Source: an uncultured Nitrospinota bacterium
GTDB taxonomy: Bacteria > Tectomicrobia > Entotheonellia > J063 > CAVPRW01
Assembly: GCA_963707985.1 (NCBI GenBank)
Contig: CAVPRW010000014.1
Location: 250,869-314,868 of the forward strand
Reading direction: 5' to 3'
DNA length: 64,000 bases
Part shown: in pieces, positions 22,286-31,458 of the stretch
Position numbering within the stretch: position 1 is the first letter of the stretch
Layout: each line of letters begins with the position of its first letter
Notes under the pieces: generated by a model
Databases searched by the model: none
The model's input: only the letters and a program-made list of their open reading frames with translations
What the model was told of the DNA's origin: nothing
Position numbers and translations under genes: made by a program

Positions 22286-22482
22286 ATTTTGCGTGTAATA
22301 CCCTGAACCACCTAGAAATTATGTGTGTCTAACGCAGTACACGCATAATCCACGTGCGAGAGAAGGGATAAGACGCCTCCAGCGTTGCCCCTGGGCAGTA
22401 GGCATTGGACTTCTCCGAAGATTTACGCTGTCAATCAATACCTTAGCAAAGAGACAGCCCCACGATAGTACCAGCATAGATC

Positions 22483-22532
22483 AGGCGTGTAATACGTGCG
22501 TGAGAGTTTCTACAGAAAAGATGTATGTATCC
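22483..22532 (+). repeat. Diverged partial copy 3 of the same repeat
   Basis: 36/50 ungapped identity to 13479-13528 (AGGCGTGT.ATACGTG...AGTTTCT...TGT.TGTA.CC). Confidence 0.7.
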
Positions 22533-22732
22533 CGCCCTGAGCGAACTCGCTTTCCGCCCCTCGGAGACTCTCCTCTGCCTTAGTCAGGTATATAGGTCAT
22601 TAGTTAGTGATAGTTAGGGGAATATACTCCAGGTCAGCGCCGAAAGAAAGGAGGGCTCATCACGATTCGAGGTGATTCACGTTTTTGGGATACACAAGAC
22701 GATAGTCCTCTGCTTCATTGATAGAAAAATCG

Positions 22733-22763
22733 TTGACACACGATCCAGGTTCTGTCTTACAAT
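22733..22763 (+). promoter_or_regulatory. Possible sigma70 promoter with a 19-bp spacer
   Basis: TTGACA (22733-38), N19, TACAAT (22758-63). Confidence 0.4.
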
Positions 22764-23164
22764 CGTGCGGATGTACCCGTGAGGGAACTGGCACAGATCG
22801 CGTGTTGAGTGTGCCCCAGGTCGTACGCTGTCGTCAGCATTGATGTCTACACCGTTGGGCCATACAAGAGGCATCTTGGCCATGACGCGGCAAAGGTTCG
22901 ACTGGGGCATCCCCGATTGGTTCGGAGGCGTTTCCCCTGACCGCTCGAGGGGTCGTCGCCGGTCGCGGTCGAAAACCCGGTCAACGGCGCCAGTGTCGGT
23001 GGCACAACGCCGGGCCGCTCTCGTACTCCTCGTAGGCAAGGCCGACATCGCGTCGTAACCAACGGAGGATGATCCCACTGCTCCCTAACATGTGCCACCC
23101 CAGGAAGCGGCGGCACGCCTGGCCAAGGCTCCTGCACGACCGCATCGCTGGGCCGCTGTGCTCC

Positions 23165-23515
23165 ATGGGGCGGCCTGGGGCAGGTGGGGCCATCCTCGTG
23201 ATCGTGGTGTCCGTCCTGTGCGGGTGCGCGTCCTTCAGGCCGCAGCCCCTCGAGGTGGTGGGATTTCGCGAGCGGGCTGCCACCAGGGAGGATGGCCAGG
23301 TGCGGGTGACCGCAGCGGTGCCGAGCGCGGCGGAGAGCGCGGCGCTGTTTGGTGTGGATGTCGCGACCCAGGGCATCCAGCCGGTTTGGCTGCGCATTGA
23401 GAACCATGACGACGTGGATTACTTCTTTCTCCCGATCAGTCTGGACCCGCATTACTTCTCATCCCAGGAGGCAGCCTGGCAAAGCCGGTTCTGGCTGGGT
23501 GGCGCCGCGGCCGAC
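23165..23515 (+). pseudogene. N-terminal fragment of an LssY C-terminal-domain-type lipoprotein
   Basis: Lipobox VLCGC, RVTAAVPSAAES..LFGVDV...GIQPVWLRIEN, LDPHYFS..EAAW, then unrelated sequence. Confidence 0.65.
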
Positions 23516-23752
23516 CTAGGGGGTGGGTCGTGCGCCCAGCATCGAAGAAGTCCAGGTGTGGGATTCTCACCATCCCCTCCGATGGCCAGGGCTTGCCGCC
23601 AGGCCGTGGAACCGCTGCGCTGGGGCGAGCGATCTATGTGGAACAGTGCGCTGCATGCCAAATCCGGCGCTGACGGGTCATGGGCGTTGCCTGAGCGACG
23701 CGTGGGCCGCGTGATTAGGCGCAGATCGTGGTTTCGAAGGCACTCCTGCCGG

Positions 23753-24043
23753 TCAGGGCCTTGCTTCCGCTTCGCTCTTGACAATCATTTGGTACAACAC
23801 CCAGCCCTCTTTGCCGTCGCCATAGCGTACCTTCGCACGCTGAGGCAGTGAGCCGTAAATGTCCTTTTCTTCTTCGCTGACCACGATCTCAGTGGGTTGG
23901 CTGATTTTATCCACCACCTGTCCGCCATCGATGGCGCTCCGCGGCGTATCCCAGACCCGCACCACCCCGTCGTAGCGATCAAGAATCTCCTGTGTGATCA
24001 TGGCTGTATATTCTTGCACAGGCTCAATCTTTTCCATTACCAT
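23753..24043 (-). CDS. Small hypothetical protein, possibly SH3-like
   Basis: AGGAGG RBS; ends RAKVRYGDGKEGWV. Confidence 0.75.
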   Translation of the reverse strand: MVMEKIEPVQEYTAMITQEILDRYDGVVRVWDTPRSAIDGGQVVDKISQPTEIVVSEEEKDIYGSLPQRAKVRYGDGKEGWVLYQMIVKSEAEARP

Positions 24044-24193
24044 GCGGACCTCCTGGGCTTATGCATGCAGTGCTTTCCATGCTACCCCACCTTTGCAGCG
24101 GGAATAGAGGCGAGACCATGGCCAACAAGGTCCCTTGTGACCGCACGCGGGAGAGAATGACCGGCGGCACGGTCTATCCGCGCCGCCAGAAGT

Positions 24194-24595
24194 TTACTTC
24201 GCGTACTCAAACTTCGGCAATGCTTTCAGCGAGTCCTTAGTTGCTCCCGGCAGCATCAGCTTGCCCCCCTCAATCTTCAGCTGCGCTGCCGGAATAGCCA
24301 CGTCTTGCTGGTCCAGCCCTAAGAAGCCGCCCACGCCGAGGATCACATAGGACACCGATTTGTCCGGCGCGACAATAATATCCTCGACCTTGCCGACTTT
24401 CTCATTGCTGTCGTTATACACGTCTTTGTCCATGATCTGTTTCTTGGCGCTCCAGCCAAGAGCCACGGCCTTCATCTCCTCGACAGCTACGCCGATCGTA
24501 GACGTTCCGGCCACGCCGGCGCCCGCGATGCCAGCCGTCAGAGACAATGCCAGGCTCATCACCAATGCCACAACGATACTTTTTTTCATCTTCAC
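24194..24595 (-). CDS. PRC-barrel domain secreted protein
   Basis: Signal peptide; GWSAKKQIMDKDVYN...VGKVEDIIV, YVILGVGGFLGL, TKDSLKALPKF; GAGGAG before the GTG. Confidence 0.92.
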   Translation of the reverse strand: MKMKKSIVVALVMSLALSLTAGIAGAGVAGTSTIGVAVEEMKAVALGWSAKKQIMDKDVYNDSNEKVGKVEDIIVAPDKSVSYVILGVGGFLGLDQQDVAIPAAQLKIEGGKLMLPGATKDSLKALPKFEYAK

Positions 24596-24736
24596 CGCTC
24601 CTCTCTTCATGTCCCTGCCATAGTTCAGCGGCATCGCCGAACCCCTTTCAACACGCCCTCCGAACCTCGGAGGCCGCATACCTACCGCCCGGCAGCGTGA
24701 TACTCTACCCATGCCGGTCTATTGCTGCACCATGCT

Positions 24737-24803
24737 ACCCTAGCACCTCGCCGTGGCCAGGGGAATTTGCCTTTAGCCCGATCTTGCTAGGACTTTAGTC
24801 CCA
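24737..24803 (-). promoter_or_regulatory. Promoter with tandem DosR/NarL-like boxes
   Basis: Palindrome TAGGACTTTAGTCCCA (24788-24803), weaker site 22 bp away (CTTTAG core 24771-76), -10 TGcTAGGGT (hexamer 24737-42). Same geometry as 52662-52728. Confidence 0.65.
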
Positions 24804-24934
24804 TCCCCGGGAGCCAATCACCAGGCAACGGATTGATAAGCTTACTGGAAGATTAGACTTCAAGATGTACATCAGAGTTTCGCTGCCCGCTGAAGAGAGC
24901 TGCTCCACATCCGAAGCTTCGTTCAGGAGGGCAT

Positions 24935-26270
24935 TCAGAGGCACAACCTCATGGTTTGGTAGCCTGATCGTTTTGCAGGGTCGGCACGGGGCTCCAGGAT
25001 GAGGCGCGCTCCACCCTGCTTGGTGATATACGACCACGCCCACTGGGTGAACACCATTAATCTGTTGCCGGCCTGGGGGAGAAACACGATGTGGATGGCC
25101 GCCCACGCCAGCCAGGCGATAAACCCACTCAAATGGGCTCGGCCTGATTCCATGATGGCGAAGTTGCGGCCGATCACCGCCATATTCCCCTTATCGAAGT
25201 AGCGGAATGGCGGGGGAGGGGGTTGACCGGCGACGCGTCCGGCGATGCTCTTCCCGACATAGCGACCCTGCTGCATCGCCACCTGTGCCACGCCAGGCAG
25301 GGGCTTGCCGTCTTGATCGAGAGACGCTGTATCGCCGACGACGAAAATCTCGGGTCGTCCCGGCACACTCAAGTCGGGGAGTACACGGACACGACCGGCA
25401 TGGTCGGCCTCGGCCTTTAACCATTGGGCCGCTGGCGATGGGGTCACGCCCGCCGTCCACAGGACTGTGCGACTCGCAATACGTTCGCCCCTCCACGACC
25501 ACCCCTTCCGCATCAACCTGCTCAACACGCGCGTTGGTGCGAATCTCGACACCCATTCGTGTCAGCCGCACATGCGCCTTGCGTGAGAGACGCTCGGAGA
25601 ACGCCGGGAGAATTTTCGGACCCCCCTCGATCAGGATGATGCGGGCGGAGCGCGGGTCAATACGTCGGAAGTCGGACTTGAGCATGCCCCGTACCATGTC
25701 GGCGATCGCCCCCGCCATCTCTACACCGGTCGGCCCCGCGCCCACCAGCACGAAGGTGAGTAGATCCCGATGCTGTAAGGGGTCAACCTCGATCTCTGCG
25801 ATCTCGAATGCCTTCAGTAGCTTCGCCCGAATCGCCTCCGCATCCGTGAGCGACTTGAGTCCAGGCGCGAACGGCGCAAACTCATCGTGGCCAAAGTAGC
25901 TTTGCTGCACGCCGGTGGCCAGGATCAGGTAGTCATAGGGTAATGAGCGCTCTTCACCATCGAGGTAGCTGAAGAAGACCTGGTGCTGATCGACATCGAC
26001 GCGGGTGACCTCGAGCAAGGCCACGGTGGCGTTGAGTTGCTTACGCAGCACTTCGCGGATCGGAGCGGCGATATCCGCTGGCGCGAGCCCCGCAGTGGCC
26101 ACCTGATAGAGCAGCGGCTGAAAGACATGGTGATTCATACGATCCAGGAGAATGACCCGAACGGGGGCATCCTTGAGCGCCTTTGCCGCCGCCAGACCGC
26201 CGAATCCTCCACCCACGATGATGACGTGCGGTTCCGACCTATGTGTCAGGGATTCGAGTGCTTCGATCAT
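24935..26270 (-). CDS. ndh: Type II NADH dehydrogenase, frameshift near 25495
   Basis: VIIVGGGFGG, FQPLLYQVATA, VGAGPTGVEMAG; second frame carries LWTAGV, VVGD, PGVAQVAMQQG, FRYFDKGNMAVIGR. Confidence 0.92.
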
Positions 26271-27188
26271 CACCCCTCTCCATTCCCACTGCCATGGAAC
26301 CTCAAGCGGCCAGCTGCCACGTGTCGGTGACTCAGGATCGCGGCCTGAGGCCCTTGAGGACTGAGCATCTGACCGACGATCCAGGCGATCGGCAAGAGGA
26401 AGGCGATCGACCCAGGCACCCACATGATCGCGCCCGCCGCCGCCTGATCATTGAGCGCTGAGATCCCCCATAGCGGGGGGACAGCTGCGTACGATGGGTA
26501 GATGAGCCGCTCGGCAAACACCAGCCAGGCACAGAGCACGGTGTTTTGCAGATCCGCCAGGATCAAATAGAGCACGATGGCCCAGCGTGGCACCAGCGTG
26601 CGGCTCGGCCAGGGCTGTACCACTGGCCACCAGAAAACGAGCGCAGTCGCCAGAAAGCAGGCGTGCTGCACCTCGTGCCAGAGCTCTGAGGCCAGCGCTC
26701 GTTCGTAAAGCGCTGGGGTGTGCCAAGCCCAGGTGCTCCCCACGTAGACCACCCAGGCCACGGGTGGGTAGATGAGCCATTGACACGATGTGCGAGAGTG
26801 ATCGCCAGGCGAAAAGTGGCCCTACCCACATACGCAAGATACCCCTGGGTAGCCCCTGCACTAGCGGCAGCAGGGGGGCACCCAGCCAGAGCAATGGCGG
26901 GGCGACCATCATCAGCAACAGATGCTGCACCATGTGGGCCTGTAGTAACTGGGCTCCGAGGGTATGCAACGGCGACTCAAGAGCCACGGCGATGGCCGTG
27001 AGGCCCCCAAGAAAGGCTGCGAGATGTCCCCCGCCGAAACGTTGCGGTACTCGTGTGTGCAGTCGCAGCCAGCCACGCATGTAGATCCCTGCAGCCAGGG
27101 TCAGAGGCACCACAACCCACGAATCGACGGTCCAAGAGTCAAAGAGGGGCTGTACCACCCCGTTTGCTGCCACCACTGGGTGAGACAT
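26270..27188 (-). CDS. ctaG: Cytochrome c oxidase assembly factor CtaG (caa3 type), frameshift near 26775
   Basis: ALESPL, AHMVQHLLLMMVAPPLL; second frame carries WHTPALY, HEVQH, FWWPV, DQAAAGAIMWVPG. Confidence 0.9.
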
Positions 27189-27200
27189 CGTGACCCCTCA

Positions 27201-28658
27201 TCAACGGCCCGGCGTCGCTGGGACGACAGACGAGCGAGCACGTGGTTCCTGGGCTGGACGCAAGGTCTGCATGAAGGCGACCACCGCCGTCACCTCGGCG
27301 GGCGTCAGGTTCTTGCCATACGCTGGCATGTTGCCACCCCCCTGGAGCACCTGACGGATGAGTTGATCCTGGGTGAGTCGAGTGCCCACCCCATCGAGTG
27401 CCGGGCCACGATGGCCCCCTTCGCCGCCGAGGCTGTGGCAATTGCGACATTGCTTGTTCTGAATGACCAGTGCTCCCTGCAGTTCTAGCGGCGTACGCCC
27501 CCGCACATAGGCTTCAGGCGTCGGCAGGGCGCTCCAGGCCTCCATCTCTGGGGACCAGCGTGCCGTGATCCCCAGACCGGCCAGCGTGACCACGGTCAAC
27601 ACGATCAGTATCACGCTCACCACCGCAACGGGCCGCCGTCTCCAGCTCTTCTCTCCGGTCCCAGCCAGGAATGGCAAGGCGAGGAGAAACACAATGGCCA
27701 CAACGGGGCCAACCAGGATGACCGCCGTTTCGGTCCATGGCGGCAACAGCGCAAACAGCGCATACAGGGCTAGGAAGTAGAAGTCCGGCAGCGGCGCTGT
27801 ATTGATCAGGGTGGGATCCGGCACCCCACGGGGGCCATGGGGCCCGAAAAGCGCAGCGCAGACGAGCACACCCACCGTGACAATAGCCATGCCGATCATA
27901 TCCTTTTGCGCCGCGACCGGGAAAAATGGCACGCCGTCACGCTGCACTTCAGCCTCGTAGCGCTGGCGATACGTGGTCCGATCGACCAGGCGGCCTGGCA
28001 TTGGCCATTCGTTGATGCCCAGCCGTAGCACCAACCAGAGATGCAGGGCGACCAGGCCAATCAGCACCCCTGGGATCACAAACACATGCAGCGCGAAAAA
28101 GCGCGACAGCGTTCTGCCGGCGATGATCGGCCCCCCCAGGAGCAATGCGACCACTTGCGGTCCAATCAATGGCGCTCGGCCAGCGATGGCGGCGCCAATC
28201 CCCAGCCCCCAATAGGCATCCTGATCCCAGCGCAGGATCTGTCCGGTGAAGGCCATGCCCAAGGTTCCAAGCAAGAGGAACACGCCGATGATCCAGGTCA
28301 ACTCACGCGGGTACTTGTAGGCACCGAAGAGGAAGACCTGAATCAGGTGCAGGGTCATCAGCAGCACCATGCCATTTGAACCCCAGAAGTGCATGGCACG
28401 GAGGTACCAGCCAAAAGGGGTTTGGTAGTTGAGGTATTCCAGCGTTTGGAAGGCCTGGTCTGCCGTGGGGACATAGACCAATGCCAGGCAAATGCCGGTG
28501 ACGATCTGCAGGACGAAGAGGACGAGGGTGGCGCTACCGAAGACGTACCACCAGCTGGCGGTCGTGCGCGGCACCGGATGGGCGATCATCGGCTCAAGGG
28601 TAGCTCGCGCACCCAGGCGCTGGTCGAACCAGTTGGCTATGGCAGAGATGAGGCGCAT
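27201..28658 (-). CDS. qcrB: Cytochrome b of a Rieske/cytochrome b complex, fused to a C-terminal cytochrome c
   Basis: WWYVFGS, RAMHFWG...TLHL, YPRELTW, FFALHVF...ALHL, Qo motif PDFY, C-terminal CRNCH...GPAL...NMP. Confidence 0.92.
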   Translation of the reverse strand: MRLISAIANWFDQRLGARATLEPMIAHPVPRTTASWWYVFGSATLVLFVLQIVTGICLALVYVPTADQAFQTLEYLNYQTPFGWYLRAMHFWGSNGMVLLMTLHLIQVFLFGAYKYPRELTWIIGVFLLLGTLGMAFTGQILRWDQDAYWGLGIGAAIAGRAPLIGPQVVALLLGGPIIAGRTLSRFFALHVFVIPGVLIGLVALHLWLVLRLGINEWPMPGRLVDRTTYRQRYEAEVQRDGVPFFPVAAQKDMIGMAIVTVGVLVCAALFGPHGPRGVPDPTLINTAPLPDFYFLALYALFALLPPWTETAVILVGPVVAIVFLLALPFLAGTGEKSWRRRPVAVVSVILIVLTVVTLAGLGITARWSPEMEAWSALPTPEAYVRGRTPLELQGALVIQNKQCRNCHSLGGEGGHRGPALDGVGTRLTQDQLIRQVLQGGGNMPAYGKNLTPAEVTAVVAFMQTLRPAQEPRARSSVVPATPGR

Positions 28659-28671
28659 CGTCGTCCTCGTT

Positions 28672-29202
28672 TCACACGGGTTCGGAGAGCGTCGGAATCT
28701 GGCCGCCCTGGACCCAGAGCTGGCCATCGCGGATCTGGTAGTCATACTCGTACAAGCCACGCGGTGGCGGTCCAGAGGCATGGGAGCCATCCTCATAGTA
28801 CACCCCGCCATGGCAGGGACACATAAACAACCGTGAGGGTGCGAACCAGCGCACCGGGCAGCCGAGATGCGTGCAGTTGATGGCAAACACCTGGAACTGC
28901 TCGCCCTCGAGTCGTCGGACCCAGCAGGCGATGTGTGCCGTCGGTCCATCCCAGGCGACGCGGAAGGGATTTTCATAGGTGGCCAGTCGGGTTTCCCCGG
29001 TAGGAAAACGCTCAATCGGGCCGAGCAGAATCCAGGATTGCGCCGCGCGGCGACGGATGGGCCCCAGGAGATAGCCGAGCACCGGGATGGCCACTAGCAG
29101 AGCCACCACAGCGTTCAGTGCCAGTCCAAGCATCAGTAGGAACCTGCGACGGGTCGGTGGCCCCCCCCGCACCACTTCTCCACGCCTATCGTCTTGTGCC
29201 AT
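28672..29202 (-). CDS. qcrA: Rieske 2Fe-2S subunit
   Basis: Tat signal TRRRFL, CTHLGC, CPCHGGVY, GPPPRGL. Confidence 0.95.
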   Translation of the reverse strand: MAQDDRRGEVVRGGPPTRRRFLLMLGLALNAVVALLVAIPVLGYLLGPIRRRAAQSWILLGPIERFPTGETRLATYENPFRVAWDGPTAHIACWVRRLEGEQFQVFAINCTHLGCPVRWFAPSRLFMCPCHGGVYYEDGSHASGPPPRGLYEYDYQIRDGQLWVQGGQIPTLSEPV

Positions 29203-29237
29203 CAGATGATCTCCTCACTTCTGCAAGCGCGTGTGGC

Positions 29238-29984
29238 TCATTCTCCCTCTCTGCTGCCCAACCGTCCCACCACCGGCTGACGTTGCGACACGAGCCAGGC
29301 CACCACGTCGGAAATCTGCTGTGCCGTCAGCGGTTGACCTGGGATGTAGGAGCGCCAGTCAGGCATCCCGAGGTCCAGTCGGCCGGCAATCACCGCCGTC
29401 CGCAAGGCTTGATCGCTCACTAGGGCTAGATAGGCCGTGTCCACAACCGATCCCCCCTTCGTCCCCCCCTTGCCGTCGCCCCCATGACAGCTTGCACAGG
29501 CCTCGGTATACACCTTCAAGCCTCGCTCGGGATCCCCGGCGTGTGAGGCACTCATGGCCCCCGCCGTGGCAGCGTATGGCGGCAATGGGACATCGGGAGA
29601 CGGTGAGGGACGACTCCAATGCTTGAGCATCTCATGGACCAGGGCATCGACTTGTGCCTCTGTCAGCGGTCCGCCGGCAGCAAGGGCAAACCCGGGCATG
29701 GCAGTACCCGCCACGCCTTGAGCGGTGATCATGCGCAGCCGATCTGGCGGGACAAGAGCTAGATAGATGGCATCATTCAGCGGTCGCGCGGCCCCGAGGC
29801 GCCCATCCGCGCCGTGGCACCCAGCACAGGATTGGCCATAGAGCTCGGCGAAGCCCATCACCTGGGACGGTAAGGTCGGCTGATCGGCCGGGCGGGGTCG
29901 GCCAGGCATGGCATCGCAGCCCATCAGGAGAAGAAGCGCTATGGGCATGGCAGCGATGACAAAGGTGGCGCAGCGTCGGCTCAT
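29238..29984 (-). CDS. Di-haem cytochrome c lipoprotein
   Basis: Lipobox LLMGC, CAGCH and CASCH, each followed by an MP axial methionine. Confidence 0.9.
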   Translation of the reverse strand: MSRRCATFVIAAMPIALLLLMGCDAMPGRPRPADQPTLPSQVMGFAELYGQSCAGCHGADGRLGAARPLNDAIYLALVPPDRLRMITAQGVAGTAMPGFALAAGGPLTEAQVDALVHEMLKHWSRPSPSPDVPLPPYAATAGAMSASHAGDPERGLKVYTEACASCHGGDGKGGTKGGSVVDTAYLALVSDQALRTAVIAGRLDLGMPDWRSYIPGQPLTAQQISDVVAWLVSQRQPVVGRLGSREGE

Positions 29985-30853
29985 CGATCGCGCTCCCGTT
30001 CTCGGTCCATGCCTGTAGCCTCCACACCTGCGCGTGCCGCCAGCGGCCAGGTCTGCATCGTGGCAACCGGCACCGCCCGTGAGATCATGAACCCGGCGAC
30101 CAGCCCGAAGGCAATCTGCGAGGCAATAAACCACGGCCAATCGATGCGCGCATTGAGAACCGGATTGACCACCCCGAGCATGGCCCAGATCAGACCAGTC
30201 CATAGGAGGGGCGCGATCATACCGCCCCACAGCATGTGGCGCCGCGGCAGCATGGGGAGCATGACCGCATAAAGCAAGCCCGTCAGCACGGAGATCACGC
30301 CATGGGCGAGCACCGCGATGATCAACGCCAGCAGGTTGAAGGCGCGGAGTTGCTCACCACTGAGCTGCGCCATGCCAGGAATAGCGATGCCAGCCAGGAG
30401 ATTGATCGGATACCACCAACTCCCTTGCGCGAGCATCCCGTAGAGTAGCGCCACCCCCGCCATGGCGATGCCTCCGACAAGACCCCCGATGACCCCAGCC
30501 GAGTATGGCTGGACCTCTACAGGCACCCGCACCCGATGGCCTGCCTCCCCAATGGTGAGATGGTCCACCGTGGCGTGAGACGGCAGGACCGGTCTGGCAC
30601 GCTCGCCAGGGGGGGGGAGAGAGACATATTCGACCCGTGCCCGCGGCAGAACATCTTTCCACCAGCCGATGGCAGCAATCAATCCCAGCAGTATACCAAC
30701 GGCGCTCACGATCACATGCGTCACCAGGCCCGCGCTCAGCATGGTCACCCCGAGGGCTGCGACCATGGGCCATACGGTCGGAGCCGGCATCTCGATGCTA
30801 TCCGACTCTCGGCTCTCCAGTCCCTGTGCTGGATGCATGTCACCTCCCTCCAT
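29981..30853 (-). CDS. Multi-pass membrane protein of the oxidase/bc operon (N-terminus resembles oxidase subunit IV)
   Basis: MPAPTVWPMVAALG start, ~6 hydrophobic segments, WYPINLLA, IDWPWFIASQIAFG; overlaps or abuts both neighbours. Confidence 0.75.
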   Translation of the reverse strand: MEGGDMHPAQGLESRESDSIEMPAPTVWPMVAALGVTMLSAGLVTHVIVSAVGILLGLIAAIGWWKDVLPRARVEYVSLPPPGERARPVLPSHATVDHLTIGEAGHRVRVPVEVQPYSAGVIGGLVGGIAMAGVALLYGMLAQGSWWYPINLLAGIAIPGMAQLSGEQLRAFNLLALIIAVLAHGVISVLTGLLYAVMLPMLPRRHMLWGGMIAPLLWTGLIWAMLGVVNPVLNARIDWPWFIASQIAFGLVAGFMISRAVPVATMQTWPLAARAGVEATGMDRERERDR

Positions 30854-30854
30854 C

Positions 30855-31448
30855 TCACCGACCGACGATGTAGACCACCGTCAATACCACGATCCACACG
30901 CCATCGACAAAATGCCAGTACCAGGAGACCAGCTCCGCCCGCTCCGCATGCACCGGCTGCAAGTCGCCTGACCAAACGAACACGGTGAGCAACGTGAGCA
31001 TGACCACACCGATAGCGACGTGAAACGCATGGAGCCCCACCAGCGCGTAAAAAGTCGTGCCGAAGAGGTTCGTGCCGATCGTCAGCCCATGATCGATAAT
31101 GAGTCGGTACCATTCCTTCGCTGTACCCGCCAGGAACACGATGCCCAGCAAGGCGGTCACCGGCAACCACGTCCCAACCCATCGCCGGTCGCCTTGTCGC
31201 AGCGCGTGTACTGCGAGCCCAACCGTCACACTGCTCGCCAGGAGGCACAGGGTGTTGAAGATCGGCACCTCCAACACATCCTTCGGGTAGGGGCCATTCA
31301 GGCTCTTCCCAAGGTAGAATAGATAGGCGACGACGAAGATACCTAGCAGCGACGCTTCTGCCATGATGAGACCGATCATACCGGCGCGTCCGCGCGACCA
31401 TTGACTCCAGTCCCCTGACGCAGATTCACGGTTCAACATGGATGGCAT
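30855..31448 (-). CDS. ctaE: Cytochrome c oxidase subunit III
   Basis: NTLCLLASS, FGTTFYALVGLHAFHV, SWYWHFVDGVW. Confidence 0.93.
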   Translation of the reverse strand: MPSMLNRESASGDWSQWSRGRAGMIGLIMAEASLLGIFVVAYLFYLGKSLNGPYPKDVLEVPIFNTLCLLASSVTVGLAVHALRQGDRRWVGTWLPVTALLGIVFLAGTAKEWYRLIIDHGLTIGTNLFGTTFYALVGLHAFHVAIGVVMLTLLTVFVWSGDLQPVHAERAELVSWYWHFVDGVWIVVLTVVYIVGR

Positions 31449-31458
31449 ACGTATCCCT

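Noticed and set aside
22895..22903. GGTTCGACT as a tRNA T-loop or att site
   Set aside because: There is no pairing T-stem, acceptor stem or CCA around it.
28659..29015. ORF-track N-terminal extensions of cytochrome b (similarly 29985-30230 and 31449-31637)
   Set aside because: They overlap the upstream genes in another frame; conserved sequence begins at the downstream ATGs.
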